A DNA stretch of 64,000 nt from Sedimentisphaerales bacterium (GCA_963663965.2 CAXXFK010000042.1:182613-246612); one strand, 5' to 3'; shown: positions 11,801-22,768, numbered from the stretch's first letter. Made by a program: numbers and translations. The notes: generated by a model not told the origin, from the letters alone.

Positions 11801-14800
11801 TACTGAATAGGTCCCTGATTGGTTTACTGTTGGGGTCCAGCTGAAAGTCTTGCTGGCCGCATTGAACGTTGCCCCGCTGGGCAGACCGCTGGCGCTGTAG
11901 GTCAGGGTGTCTCCATCGGCATCGGTGGCGCTCAGGGTAAAACTCAGCACATTGCCCGGATCGATGGTTTTGTTGCCAATAACGCTCAAGATCGGCGCGC
12001 AGTTGGTGTCTGTTACAGTAATGGTAATTGCTTCCATGGCCGATTGATTACCGGGATCTTTTGCCACGAAGGTGACCGGGTAGCTGCCGGCCTGGGTAAA
12101 GTTGGGCGACCAGCTGAAAGTCCGGGTGGATGCGTTAAAACTGGCGCCTGTTGGGCTGTTAAGGACCAGATAAGTCAGCGAATCGCCATCCGGATCGGTC
12201 GCCTGTAAATTTATCGTTAAATTGCCGCCCTCAGCCACGGTTTTATTGCCAATAGCCGTCATAGTGGGGGCCTGGTTGACATTGCTGACCGTGATCGTAA
12301 CGGTTTCGCTGTCTGTGCCGCCTTTGCCGTCACTGACCGTGATGGTTACGTTATAGGACCCGGCCTGGGCATAACTGGGGAACCAGACAAAACGATTCGT
12401 CGAGGTGAAAAAGTCCGCGCCGTCCGGTAACCCGCTGGCGCTGAAACTCAGCGTATCCCCATCGGCATCCGTCGCGGTAGCGGAAAATTGACATATTCCA
12501 CCCTCAATAGCGGTTTTATTCCCGATCGCAGTCAGCACAGGCGCTTGATTGGCCGGTACATCCCTCACCGTGATCGTAATCGCCTTACTGGCTGTATCGG
12601 TCCCGTCACTGACGGTCATATTCAAAGTATAATTGGTATTCTGCGACACCTGCCCAATGGTAAACGGAAACACCTGACTGGAAGTCCCATTCCGCGGCCA
12701 CCCGCTGTAAGTGTAAGTCAGCGCATCGCCATCCGCATCCGTCGCCAATTCGAATATAGAGGCCGTCAAAGTTGATCCTTCATCAACTGTGACTGATGCA
12801 GGGACATTCGCCACCGAAGGCGCCGTATTCGCCGGCGCATCCGGCGCTACTACCTCAAAAGTCACCGTCTGGCTGGTGCTGGCGTTCCATTCATCCGTGG
12901 CAGTAAAGGTAATATGGTAGGTCCCCACCTGGTCAATCGTTGGTGTCCAGGTGAATGGACTGTTAAGTGTGGCGCCATTTGGTAGATTGTTAGAAGCAAC
13001 GGTGACTTCATCCCCATCTGGATCATTAACAGGAATAGTTAAAATAAACTGTTGTCCTGCCGGTATGGTTTGGTCTGCAATAGGGGGGATTACTGGGGGT
13101 GAGTTTGATTGTAACGATTGAAAATTAGCAGTAACAGATTTGTTACTATCCATTTTGACTGTTATTGGATTATCGTTGCCTGCATCTATACCATTAATAG
13201 ACCATCCAGTAAATCGATAACTGTCATCCGGTATGGCAGTCAGTATAATGTTCATACCCTGAGAGAATGATGTTGCATTGGTTACGACTAGACCAACCTC
13301 TTTTTCTATGCGACCATGGGAAGCTGTAATATTGAGGCTTTGGGCTCCAGGATAGCCGGTTTTATCTGGCCAGATTGGGCCATAATCAGAACGGTACCTA
13401 TCCCACATTTCCTCAACAAAGCGATTATAACATCTGGTATTTGTCCCGGTTCGTCCCATGGCTGCATTAACAACCATAGCGCGATCGGTGAAATCAAACA
13501 TGGCATCATGATTCCAAAGTTTTTTTGCGCTATTGCCTGGTCCTAATACCTGTTCATTCATAATCAGCGCTGCTAATACCCAACCTTGCCAGGTGGTGGG
13601 ATTTTGTGTTTGATAGCTTTGATCCCAGCTATTCCCGTCATTCGTGGGATTTCGAGAGTGAATAATACCCCATGATGGAATTCCTATATCCGTGGAAGTA
13701 AATTCGTAGCGATCATGTGAATCAGACCATCCATGACCATACCATACCATGGTAGAAATCATATAATTCTTTAAGGTATATTCGGTTCCATCTGGGTCAT
13801 CAGGCCAACCACGATATGGTTCTGTCAATTTAATCTCAGTATCCGATAAGAACAGGCTCGAATAATAGGGTGTATTTGATATCCATTCTGGACCACCTTC
13901 TCCTCCTTCTTCCCAATACTGTAATCCATTTAAAATTTCATTGCCTGGCACTCCTTGGGTTGTATAGCTTCCATCTGCTTTCCATATGCCATCACTACCG
14001 TCGCCCCCCAATCTCCAATATGTATCTGTTTGAGACCCTACACCTGGTTCTCGTTGTGGAGCGGCATTATGGCTGTAAATACAGATATAATTATGCCCAT
14101 TGTGTGACACTTGACTATAGGATCCGCCTTCACTGGTTCGAATACAATGATAATTTTTCCCGAGATAGGTTACCTGGCTACCCAATACGAAATAGGCTTT
14201 ATTTTTCGGATCATAGGCTCCGGGATCACCCTCCACGGCAAACATTCTTCTTGGCGATTGTGCGTGTGTGTTTAGTAATGTCCATGTAGTTCCTGTGCCT
14301 TTTACAACGTTGCTTCCCTTAGTGAGTGTAACCGTTCCATGCCATGCTGCGGTTTTACTATCATCGCTGTTTCTATGCAAGGCATAAGGGGGATTATAAA
14401 TGTCGCCGGTAGTGTCGCCTGGTATGCCAATGCCGGGCAGTCCAGAATTACAGGCACGAACATAAAAGGTAGTACCATCTTCACTGAAGTCAATATAATC
14501 TTCCGGTGGATTGCCTGGACCCTTTCCCATGACTTCATATAAATAGTCCCCACTTTTATCTCCAATGGATTTCATGCCATTGTCATCAAGCATGATACCT
14601 GCAAATAAAATGGGCCATTTATGCCCTTGAGTACATCCGCCATCAGGTTTCCAACCGGTGCTTCTCGTTGCCACGCTATAGTTATCGATACCTAATTGTA
14701 TAAAACGGATCAGTAAGGTCTTTTTTTCTTCATATGAAAATTCACTATGTAAAATCAGTGATGCAACCGATACTTGCACAGCCGAATCTCGCCCATATTT

Positions 14801-15967
14801 GCACATATTGGCCTCAGGTCTATAATATAAACCGGCGGCATCGGTAGTATGATTGAGCCAGACCCGTTCAAACATCCGTTCTATCGTTTCCTTTTGAGCA
14901 TTTATGGGAAGTAATGAATTGTCAAGTACCTCTTTATGCAATACCGGAACGTGTTCGCTGGGATAAAGAGAGGTGAGATCAAGAGTCTCTAAGTACCCTT
15001 TATTTGCATCTATCGTAGCCACGTTCCCTGGTATCTGTTTTTCTATACTGCAATAGCCGGGGCGAAAACTTCCATATGCGGGAATCGATTCTAAAATTGT
15101 CAAAACAGATGCATGTATGAGCTTTGGCCAGACATTCGATTCATCTTTGCTGACCGTTGATACTAAAGAGGTGTCAGTTTTTACGACAAGAGGGTTTGTA
15201 TCAGAAACCCCAACCGCAACATTCAGGCGATGATCGTATCCATGTGGCATTCCATAAATGCGACTGTCATAACCTATCCTGTCATTGGGCGTGATGTTCA
15301 TCATGGAACCATTTTTTATGTGGCTGTTTTGATAAACAGTATTATTCGTCCAGGTCCCATCTTCTCCATTACCGCCAACTTCCCAATAAAGTTCCCAGTT
15401 TGACCCGATACCGGGTTCATTATAATGGGAAGTTACACTGGAGGTATGTCCCAAAATGCATCGATAATTAACCCCATTGTGTGAAACTTGTGATGCCGTG
15501 TTATCATCTTCACAAGGTGGATCGATTTTAATGATCTTAACGGTTTTATGGCCCTCATCATCAATTTCACGAATAACCCACATGTCATGGTTGGCAAATT
15601 GACCAATTTGGTAGTCCTTGTCAAATGTCCAGGTTATGGCAAATTGACTGATGGTTTTAGCCAGATACTTTTTGGCAGGAGGCCAGTCAACAGACGTAAT
15701 GCTGTAATCCATATTCCGGATATAAACTTCATCATCAGATGTGACTTTTTCAGCAAGTTTGCTAATAGACCTAAATGGAGTTTCTTCTGTTAATCCAAGA
15801 TTGTTATTTAAACCATTGAGAGGATCGACATAATACTTCTCACTTTTAGCAGCCTTGGTTAAAATGAAAAGAATAAAGAAAAATATCAAAAAAATCCGGA
15901 CAGATTGATATGAAATATTACTTTTATCAATAAGTGGCCGGCATTCTCTTCTCTTATATTGGTTCAT
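5839..15967 (-). CDS. Giant secreted adhesin-like protein (~3375 aa when joined): modular head, InlB-B-like repeat, 19 cadherin/He_PIG-like Ig repeats, Ig domain, beta-propeller, ZU5-like C-terminus; apparent +1 frameshift near 6774
   Basis: ORF 6740-15967 (3075 aa) has a hydrophobic signal segment and N-x-x-P...DPDGD...LPxGA...FxWTP...DG repeats. ORF 5839-6783 continues the same propeller blades (WQDxRN..DIY). Removing one A from GGTAATAACCGGG joins ICGN-TGAQCAPAV. Confidence 0.88.
7850..13105 (-). repeat. Tandem array of 19 Ig/cadherin-like repeats (~90 aa) within the giant protein
   Basis: Counted from the translation, NSPP through NSAP, each with a D-[PAL]-D-x-D-type Ca-binding-like motif. 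Confidence 0.85.
8432..8500 (-). repeat. Coding 15-nt repeat encoding a (GGG[D/N]T)n flexible linker
   Basis: Translation GGGDTGGGDTGGGNTGGGNTGGG between Ig repeats 17 and 18; synonymous positions have diverged. Confidence 0.9.
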
Positions 15968-16569
15968 GACTCATATCCTCAGCAGTGATAATCTGGGCAG
16001 TTTGATAATTATATTGTATCTTCATTCTAAATTTCATTTTTAAGTCTGGCAAATGGGGAAAGAATTTCCTTCTGGGGAAAATAGGAATTGTCAGTTAATA
16101 TTTCGGAGTTATTCTGTTTTTAGTGATTATTATGTGTAGAAATATGGATTCACAGCCATACGCGCGCTAATATAACTATTTTATATTAATGTGTTTACAG
16201 GATTTTAATTGGTGGCTGGACTGACGAGATATAAACTTGGAATCATTTGATTTATTATTCCTTATCCCTGTTTACTACCAGAGCCTAAATCAGCATAATC
16301 GTTATAATCGGAAGAAATTTATCTGTGGGATAGAAGGTGCAAAAGATTTTAGGCATCAGCCATTTATTATTATTAATTAACAATTTGTATAGTTATGCAT
16401 CTATTCGCCGGGGAAATATATACCTTTTCTTAACTTCGAGCTTTTAGATTAAAACAAAGTATTACCGGATCTAAACTCAAAATCTGAGTAATCTTTAGAC
16501 AAAAGGTCTTAATCTGAGTTTAGAAACAATCGATAATAATCAGGTAACAATCTTTTAATTAGATGACTC

Positions 16570-16585
16570 TACCTCATTTGGGGTA
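16570..16585. promoter_or_regulatory. 7-2-7 inverted repeat resembling a NarL/FixJ(LuxR)-type operator
   Basis: TACCTCA-TT-TGGGGTA in the divergent intergenic region between the adhesin and the EPS operon. Confidence 0.35.
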
Positions 16586-16960
16586 TACAATAATAAGTAG
16601 TCATAAACTTTTCGTTTGAATTTTACTTTAGGCTGTTAATAAAAAATTAGTGCATACGGGTAAATCACCCACGGGGACAGGGTGCATCTGTTAATGCTAC
16701 ATAAGTATATATAACTGACTACATGATATTCCTGAAGTTAGTAACATTTCCTTATGAATCTTCGATTTATACCGGATGGGTATGAAGATTCCAGATCGAA
16801 CGCAAGATAAGTATTTACACGTGTAGAACTTATCTCACGGCCCAGGGGGCATTTTCAATTGCAAGCAATAACCATGATGAAAACTTATAACGGCTGTTTT
16901 ATAAAAGCTACTATTTGACAATACTATTTAATCGTACAAAAAACCGGGAATTAAAACTAA

Positions 16961-17123
16961 AGGGTGACTCTAATAATTGCTTTAGAGGCGGAAGCGAGGT
17001 TGATTTTTCTCTGGCAAGGAACAAAGAACCGGGCATATTCGTCAATATTCACGGTTTTTTGTGACGCAGTCCAGAGGAAAATCAGACCGCTTGGCAGCCC
17101 TGAATGAATTTTTGAGGTTCCCT
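16961..17123. mobile_element. MITE-like palindromic element, family A, copy 1
   Basis: Imperfect terminal IRs AGGGTGACTCTAATAATT / AATTTTTGAGGTTCCCT. Internal stems TGATTTTTCTCTGG/CCAGAGGAAAATCA and ACAAAGAACCG/CGGTTTTTTGT. A homologous copy lies at about 22975-23141. Confidence 0.7.
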
Positions 17124-17242
17124 AAAGGACAGGGAACATATTTATACGTGCATGACATTGGTTAAATCGCAAAGTATGAACTTGCTATGATCTATAAAAA
17201 TTGTGATATTGTAATGTATTATTTATTAAAAAACTCACATTC

Positions 17243-17944
17243 TTGAAAAATACTTTAATTTTGCTATATAATAATAAACAAAATAGCGTGTTATGGTTAA
17301 TTATCTGCCTTGTAATCATTGCTTTTGGCTGGCATTATCGTTCCTTTTCGGAAAAGTATGGTGATTTTTCTGGCGGTAAGGTTCAATTACCGGTTCCTTT
17401 AAAAGAATTTCCTATGGATTTTGGCGACTGGCATGGCGAAGATGTTGAATTATCGGACGTAATCCTTAAGGTCGCTGGTAATGATGACTACCTTAACCGC
17501 CTATATGTCAACACCAAGACAGGCGAATGGTTTAATCTCTATTTAGCATATACCGGAGATCCACGTACCATGCTTGGTCACCGACCTCAGGTCTGTTACC
17601 CTGCTGCCGGTTGGAATCCTCAATCACTTGAAGAAATCGAAATCTCTGTCAATAATGATCTCAAAGTGCCATGTCTCTTACATCACTTTTACCGCCCTGG
17701 ACGATCGGATCAACCTGGCGCTCAGGTTGTTGTGCTAAATTACTACATACTCAACGGCCAGATAACTAACCAGGAAGAAAGTTTTGATGGTATTGGCACC
17801 CGTGCTCCAAATATCGATGGCGAAACGGCTCGATATGTGGCCCAGATTCAAATAAGCAGTTCAAATGATGGATCAGTACAAAATGGCCTCAAGTATTTTG
17901 CTGGCAAGATTATGGATTTCTTCCCTGGAAGACAACTCGATTAA
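17243..17944 (+). CDS. epsI: Exosortase-associated EpsI family protein
   Basis: N-terminal TM, PLKEFPMDFGDWHGED, DDYLNRLY and the HRPQVCYPAAGW signature. Confidence 0.85.
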   Translation: MKNTLILLYNNKQNSVLWLIICLVIIAFGWHYRSFSEKYGDFSGGKVQLPVPLKEFPMDFGDWHGEDVELSDVILKVAGNDDYLNRLYVNTKTGEWFNLYLAYTGDPRTMLGHRPQVCYPAAGWNPQSLEEIEISVNNDLKVPCLLHHFYRPGRSDQPGAQVVVLNYYILNGQITNQEESFDGIGTRAPNIDGETARYVAQIQISSSNDGSVQNGLKYFAGKIMDFFPGRQLD

Positions 17945-17986
17945 AGGTTTTTTGTATTTCTCGATAATAGTATCAAGTAATGGGAT

Positions 17987-19519
17987 GTGGTTGGGCTTAT
18001 TAAAAAATCAAAACAAATCCAGATTGATCCAAATATTAAATATAAGCAATTCTTTGCTACCGATCATATCAAAGCAGATTTGAAGGGCAAAACCGTACGC
18101 GGCGGCATCTGGACGATAGTAGGTCAGATAGGCAGTTATGCTATCCGCTTGGGCTCGACCATAATTCTTGCGCGATTACTTACACCCGATGATTACGGTT
18201 TAGTGGCTATGGTGGCAGTCGTTACTAATTTTGCCTTGATGTTTAATGATATGGGCCTTTCCATGGCCACGGTTCAAAGTGATACGATTACTCATGAACA
18301 GGTAAGTACCCTGTTTTGGATTAATCTGGCCGTTAGTACTATAGTTGGTTTTTTTCTGGCGGCGATATCGCCGTTGATAGTTTGGTTTTATGATGAACCG
18401 CGACTCCTTTGGATTACCATTGCGCTTGCGGCTACTTTTCCGATGAATGGCTTCACTTTGCAGCATAACGCCCTCCTTCGCAGACAGATGAGGTTTAACA
18501 CTCTTAGTATTATACAATTAATTGCCGCTGCAATAAGTGTGATTGTTGGAATCGTTTGTGCCTGGTGCGGACTTCAATACTGGACTCTGGTTATTATGCA
18601 GTTAATGACGCCTTTATGTTTGATTAGTACGATCTGGATTGTATGTCCATGGCGTCCCGGCAAACTGAGGCTAAAGACCGGTGTTAAACCGATGGTGTTA
18701 TTTGGCGGCAACCTGACAGGTTTTAATTTTATGAATTATTTCAGTCGGAATGCGGACAATCTGTTAATTGGAAAGTTTCTGGGAACCCAGCCTCTGGGGA
18801 TTTATGATAAGGCCTATCAGTTATTAATGCTTCCTTTACGCCAGATTACTTACCCGGTATCCAATGTGACCATGCCGGCACTGAGCCGATTGCAGAATGA
18901 TCCCGAGGGTTACCAGAGATTTTACTATAAAATGGTTAAAACGATCGCCTACATTACTATGCCGCTCATTGCCTTTATGGCAGTCCTCTCAGACGACATA
19001 ATCTTGCTGGTGCTGGGGGAACAATGGCAAATGGCATCGCCTGTTTTCAAAATTCTGGCTTTTGCCGCTTTTCTGCAACCGGTTGCGGCAACAACGGGAT
19101 CCGTGTTTACCAGCATGGGGGCTACCGGCCGGATGTTCAAGTGGGGGATCGTGGCATCAAGTATGACGGTTTTGTCTTTTATCGTTGGGTTGCCATATGG
19201 CATCAAAGGGGTGGCCTTTTGTTATAGCGTTAATGGCTACATTTTGTTCATTCCAGGATTGTTCTATGCTTATAATAAAACGCCTGTCCAATTGGGCAAA
19301 GTAATCAAAATTCTGGTATTCCCAATTACTTATAGTGTGATTTTATATGGCATTATAGAACTGATGCGACATTATATTTCTCTGACGGCGGTGGTGAATA
19401 TCTCTGCCTCGTTTATCGTTCTGATGGTTTTGGGTCTGATATTCTATCACTTGAGTCGTCAAGTGCGATCGGATGTTAAATCTATTATGGATTTATTCAT
19501 GATAAAAAGGAAAGTCTAA
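17987..19519 (+). CDS. wzx: Polysaccharide flippase (Wzx, WzxC-like)
   Basis: ILARLLTPDDYGLVAM, multiple TM helices, NADNLLIGKFLG..LGIY and PALSRLQ motifs. Confidence 0.92.
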   Translation: MVGLIKKSKQIQIDPNIKYKQFFATDHIKADLKGKTVRGGIWTIVGQIGSYAIRLGSTIILARLLTPDDYGLVAMVAVVTNFALMFNDMGLSMATVQSDTITHEQVSTLFWINLAVSTIVGFFLAAISPLIVWFYDEPRLLWITIALAATFPMNGFTLQHNALLRRQMRFNTLSIIQLIAAAISVIVGIVCAWCGLQYWTLVIMQLMTPLCLISTIWIVCPWRPGKLRLKTGVKPMVLFGGNLTGFNFMNYFSRNADNLLIGKFLGTQPLGIYDKAYQLLMLPLRQITYPVSNVTMPALSRLQNDPEGYQRFYYKMVKTIAYITMPLIAFMAVLSDDIILLVLGEQWQMASPVFKILAFAAFLQPVAATTGSVFTSMGATGRMFKWGIVASSMTVLSFIVGLPYGIKGVAFCYSVNGYILFIPGLFYAYNKTPVQLGKVIKILVFPITYSVILYGIIELMRHYISLTAVVNISASFIVLMVLGLIFYHLSRQVRSDVKSIMDLFMIKRKV

Positions 19520-19532
19520 CCAGGGGTATCCT

Positions 19533-20687
19533 ATGGCAAACAATGATTTTATTATTTTTGGTTCCCCATTGATTGAGGAAGATGAAATCCAGGAGGTCGT
19601 GGCCAGCATGCGGTCTGGCTGGCTGGGAACCGGTCCCAAGGTGGCCCGGTTTGAAGAAGATTTCAAGGCCTATAAAAAGGCGTCCTATGCGGCGGCGGTT
19701 AATTCTTGCACTGCGGCGTTGCACCTGGCCCTGATTGCCGCGGACCTGGAACCTGGCAGCGAAGTGATCACCACTCCGATGACGTTTTGTGCGACCGCCA
19801 ATGCCATTATTCACGCCGGTTTGACGCCCGTTCTGGCCGATATTGATCCGGTCACCCTGAATATCGATCCGGAACAGGTTGAAGCCAAAATAACCTCCCG
19901 GACGCGGGCGATTCTGCCGGTTCATTTTGCCGGCCGGCCCTGCGATATGGACCGGCTCTGTGCCATAGCCCGGAAACACGGATTGAAAATCATTGAAGAT
20001 TGCGCCCATGCGATTGAAACCGAATACCATGGCCGGCCGGCCGGCGCTTTTGGCGATTATGGCTGTTTCAGCTTCTATGTCACCAAAAATATCGTTACCG
20101 GCGAAGGCGGCATGGTGCTGGCCCAGCGGGAAGAGGATATTGCCCGGATTAAGGTGCTGGCCCTGCATGGGATGAGCAAGGATGCCTGGAAACGTTTCAG
20201 TGATGAAGGGTATAAACATTATTACGTGACCGAATGCGGTTTTAAATACAACATGATGGATATCCAGGCGGCCATTGGTATCCATCAGCTCAAGCGTGTT
20301 GATGCCTACTGGCAGAAACGTCAGATTATCTGGCGTCAGTACAATGAGGCTTTCAAAGAATTGCCGGTCGGATTGCCGGCTGATCCTGAACCGGATACGC
20401 GACACGCGTATCATCTGTATACGCTCTTAATCGATCAGGACCGTTACGATTTGACACGTGATGGATTTCTGAATAGTATGACCAGTAATGGCATTGGGTG
20501 CGGCGTCCATTATTTGAGCCTTCCGGAACATCCCTGTTATCAGACCCGCTTTGGATGGCTTCCCCAGGATTATCCTCATGCCATGTTGGTTGGGCGTCAG
20601 ACAGTCAGTCTTCCCATCTCGGCTAAATTATCTGAATCTGACATTAACCATATTATCGCGACGGTTAATCGTCTCTTTGGGAAATAA
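19533..20687 (+). CDS. DegT/DnrJ/EryC1/StrS family PLP-dependent sugar aminotransferase
   Basis: GWLGTGP, NSCTAALH, IEDCAHA, FSFYVTKN (PLP lysine), GEGG, GFKYNM. Confidence 0.95.
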   Translation: MANNDFIIFGSPLIEEDEIQEVVASMRSGWLGTGPKVARFEEDFKAYKKASYAAAVNSCTAALHLALIAADLEPGSEVITTPMTFCATANAIIHAGLTPVLADIDPVTLNIDPEQVEAKITSRTRAILPVHFAGRPCDMDRLCAIARKHGLKIIEDCAHAIETEYHGRPAGAFGDYGCFSFYVTKNIVTGEGGMVLAQREEDIARIKVLALHGMSKDAWKRFSDEGYKHYYVTECGFKYNMMDIQAAIGIHQLKRVDAYWQKRQIIWRQYNEAFKELPVGLPADPEPDTRHAYHLYTLLIDQDRYDLTRDGFLNSMTSNGIGCGVHYLSLPEHPCYQTRFGWLPQDYPHAMLVGRQTVSLPISAKLSESDINHIIATVNRLFGK

Positions 20688-21624
20688 CATCATCCATATC
20701 AGCAAAGTTCGGCAGGCCGCCAATGAGGAGTGGGACGATATCTGGTCGCATTGCCCTTATGCGACTTATTTTCACTCCCGGGCATGGGCCGGGATCTGGC
20801 AAAAGTATACCTCGGGAAAAATGCGTTCCGCGCCCGTACTGATCATATTTCAAGATGGCGCAAACGCGCTTTTGCCGATGTCATATACCCGGAGATACAA
20901 AGGGTTGATCAGGAATTATGTCTCTTCACCGGCCGGAACTTATGGGGGCTGGATTTCCAGAGATACTTTAACGGATGATCACGCGGCGCTGCTGTTACAA
21001 TATCTGTTGAAGCGATATCGGAACCTCAAGTGGTGTTTCAACCCTTATGACCCCACGATATCCCAACTGAAGGTGGTCCCAACCCGGCAGATTACGACAG
21101 ACATCATCTATCTAGACCGGTTCGCAAATGAAGACGCGCTGTTGAACCATTATAAGCATTGCGTCAGAAAACAGATAAAGAAAGCGCAACGTGCGGGCTT
21201 GACCGTTTCCCCGGCGGAGAACTGGTCCCAGTGGGAACAGTATTATGCCCTTTACTTGAAAGCCATCGATCGCTGGGGGGACTCCGCCGGATGTTGTTAC
21301 TCTATCGATTTATTTCGTTATCTGTTTGAGGTGACCGGACCATCAATCTGTTTGTGGCTGGTTAAACAAGATGACAGCATTGTTGGGGGGAATATCAATT
21401 TCTATCATCAGAACCATTGCGTGGAATGGCACGCCGCTTTCGATTCGGATAGTTTTAAACATGGGGTTCGCCATCTGCTGATTCATACCATTATTGTCGA
21501 TGCCTTGCAACGCGGTTATCGTTACTACGATTTTAATCCCAGCGGCGGGCATGAAGGGGTAATGAATTTCAAACAGACCTGGAATCCGGATAGAGTCGCC
21601 GTGCCTGTCATTGAAAAAAGATAA
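20677..21624 (+). CDS. GNAT/FemAB-like acyltransferase (start uncertain; ORF open from 20551)
   Basis: ATYFHSRAW, VRKQIKKAQRAG, GYRYYDFNPSGGHEGVMNFK; typical of the FemAB/Acetyltransf_6 fold. Confidence 0.8.
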   Translation: MGNNIIHISKVRQAANEEWDDIWSHCPYATYFHSRAWAGIWQKYTSGKMRSAPVLIIFQDGANALLPMSYTRRYKGLIRNYVSSPAGTYGGWISRDTLTDDHAALLLQYLLKRYRNLKWCFNPYDPTISQLKVVPTRQITTDIIYLDRFANEDALLNHYKHCVRKQIKKAQRAGLTVSPAENWSQWEQYYALYLKAIDRWGDSAGCCYSIDLFRYLFEVTGPSICLWLVKQDDSIVGGNINFYHQNHCVEWHAAFDSDSFKHGVRHLLIHTIIVDALQRGYRYYDFNPSGGHEGVMNFKQTWNPDRVAVPVIEKR

Positions 21625-21718
21625 TAGCTCATAACTATTATCAATAAACACCAACTGATTATAGTTTTTTATGAATAAAGAATGCAATTTTATCGACTGA
21701 TGGAAGAAATTTTAAATT

Positions 21719-22768
21719 ATGAGTAAGTTGAATGCATGTTTTTTTTATGGACGTCAATCACCATTTGGTATGGCTCACCTTAAACCCATATCTGAACATT
21801 TTAATATCCAGGCAATCATTGTCCCATCGGAAACCAGGATAAAAAGATTTGTAACTTCATTGTTAGGAAAAGATTACTACGAAAAAATATCAACAAAAAA
21901 ACAAATAAAGAATTTATTGAAAAAATTTATTCCTCAGATAATCATTGAACATAAAAGGGTAAGACAAATAAGAAACAGAATTCATGAAGTTATTGGAAAT
22001 GATAATATTCCGATTCTTATTTGTGATGATGTAAATTCAAATTTATTCATTCAAGATATAAAAAAACACATGTCAACAGACAGCTATATGCTTGTCGCTG
22101 CATACCCGCAGATTTTCAAAAGAGAAATATTAGATATATTTCAAGATAGAGCAATAAATTTCCATCCATCACTCTTACCTAAGTATAGAGGTGCTCATCC
22201 ACATTTTTGGACAATTGTCAACGGTGAAAAGGAAACTGGTTTATCTGCTCATTATATGACAGAAGGAATCGATGATGGGAATATTATAGCACAACAAAAG
22301 ATTTTAATGCCAGAAACTTATAGCGAATTGTATGATCTGATTATAAAAGAGATACCAATATTCTTCCAGAAATTTGTAGAAAATTTGACTGAAAGAAAAG
22401 TAAGTATCCCACAAGACGATTGTGATGCAACATATTATCGTAATGATAGAGCAATTCATAGAAAAATTAATTGGGATTTTGAACTTGAAAAAATCTATAA
22501 CCTATGTCGAACAGAATATGCATTTTGTTTTTTTCGAAGTAGAAAAATGGTAATTAAAAAAAGCAGTATTTCAAAAACAAATAGAAATATTACAAATAAT
22601 TTGGAAGTACAGAAAGGGGTTATAGTTGATTGCGTTATCGATGCATTGGTTGTAAAAACAAATGGGGGCTTTCTCCAAATAGAAAAAATGGAAATGGATA
22701 ATAAAATTTTTAATGCAAACAGGTGGATTAATATTTATAATCCAATTGTCGGAGAGAGATTAACTTAA
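21719..22768 (+). CDS. Formyltransferase (Fmt-like), probably a nucleotide-sugar N-formyltransferase
   Basis: INFHPSLLPKYRG and HYMTEGIDDGNII motifs; EPS context; markedly AT-rich. Confidence 0.85.
   Translation: MSKLNACFFYGRQSPFGMAHLKPISEHFNIQAIIVPSETRIKRFVTSLLGKDYYEKISTKKQIKNLLKKFIPQIIIEHKRVRQIRNRIHEVIGNDNIPILICDDVNSNLFIQDIKKHMSTDSYMLVAAYPQIFKREILDIFQDRAINFHPSLLPKYRGAHPHFWTIVNGEKETGLSAHYMTEGIDDGNIIAQQKILMPETYSELYDLIIKEIPIFFQKFVENLTERKVSIPQDDCDATYYRNDRAIHRKINWDFELEKIYNLCRTEYAFCFFRSRKMVIKKSSISKTNRNITNNLEVQKGVIVDCVIDALVVKTNGGFLQIEKMEMDNKIFNANRWINIYNPIVGERLT

Noticed and set aside
7850..13105. Recurring ~20-nt motifs (e.g. GCCATCCGGATCGGT) spaced ~270 nt apart as a CRISPR-like array
   Set aside because: They encode the TDPDG motif of the Ig repeats; spacing is far too long and no cas genes are present.
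16846..16863. GGGCATTTTCAATTGCA as a sigma-54 promoter for the EPS operon
   Set aside because: GG-to-GC spacing is 11 nt rather than the required 10.
19497..20414. 305-aa minus-strand ORF
   Set aside because: Antisense to the well-supported DegT aminotransferase.
21719..22768. Calling the formyltransferase fmt (Met-tRNA formyltransferase)
   Set aside because: EPS context, atypical composition, no adjacent def gene and a non-Fmt N-terminus favour a sugar N-formyltransferase.
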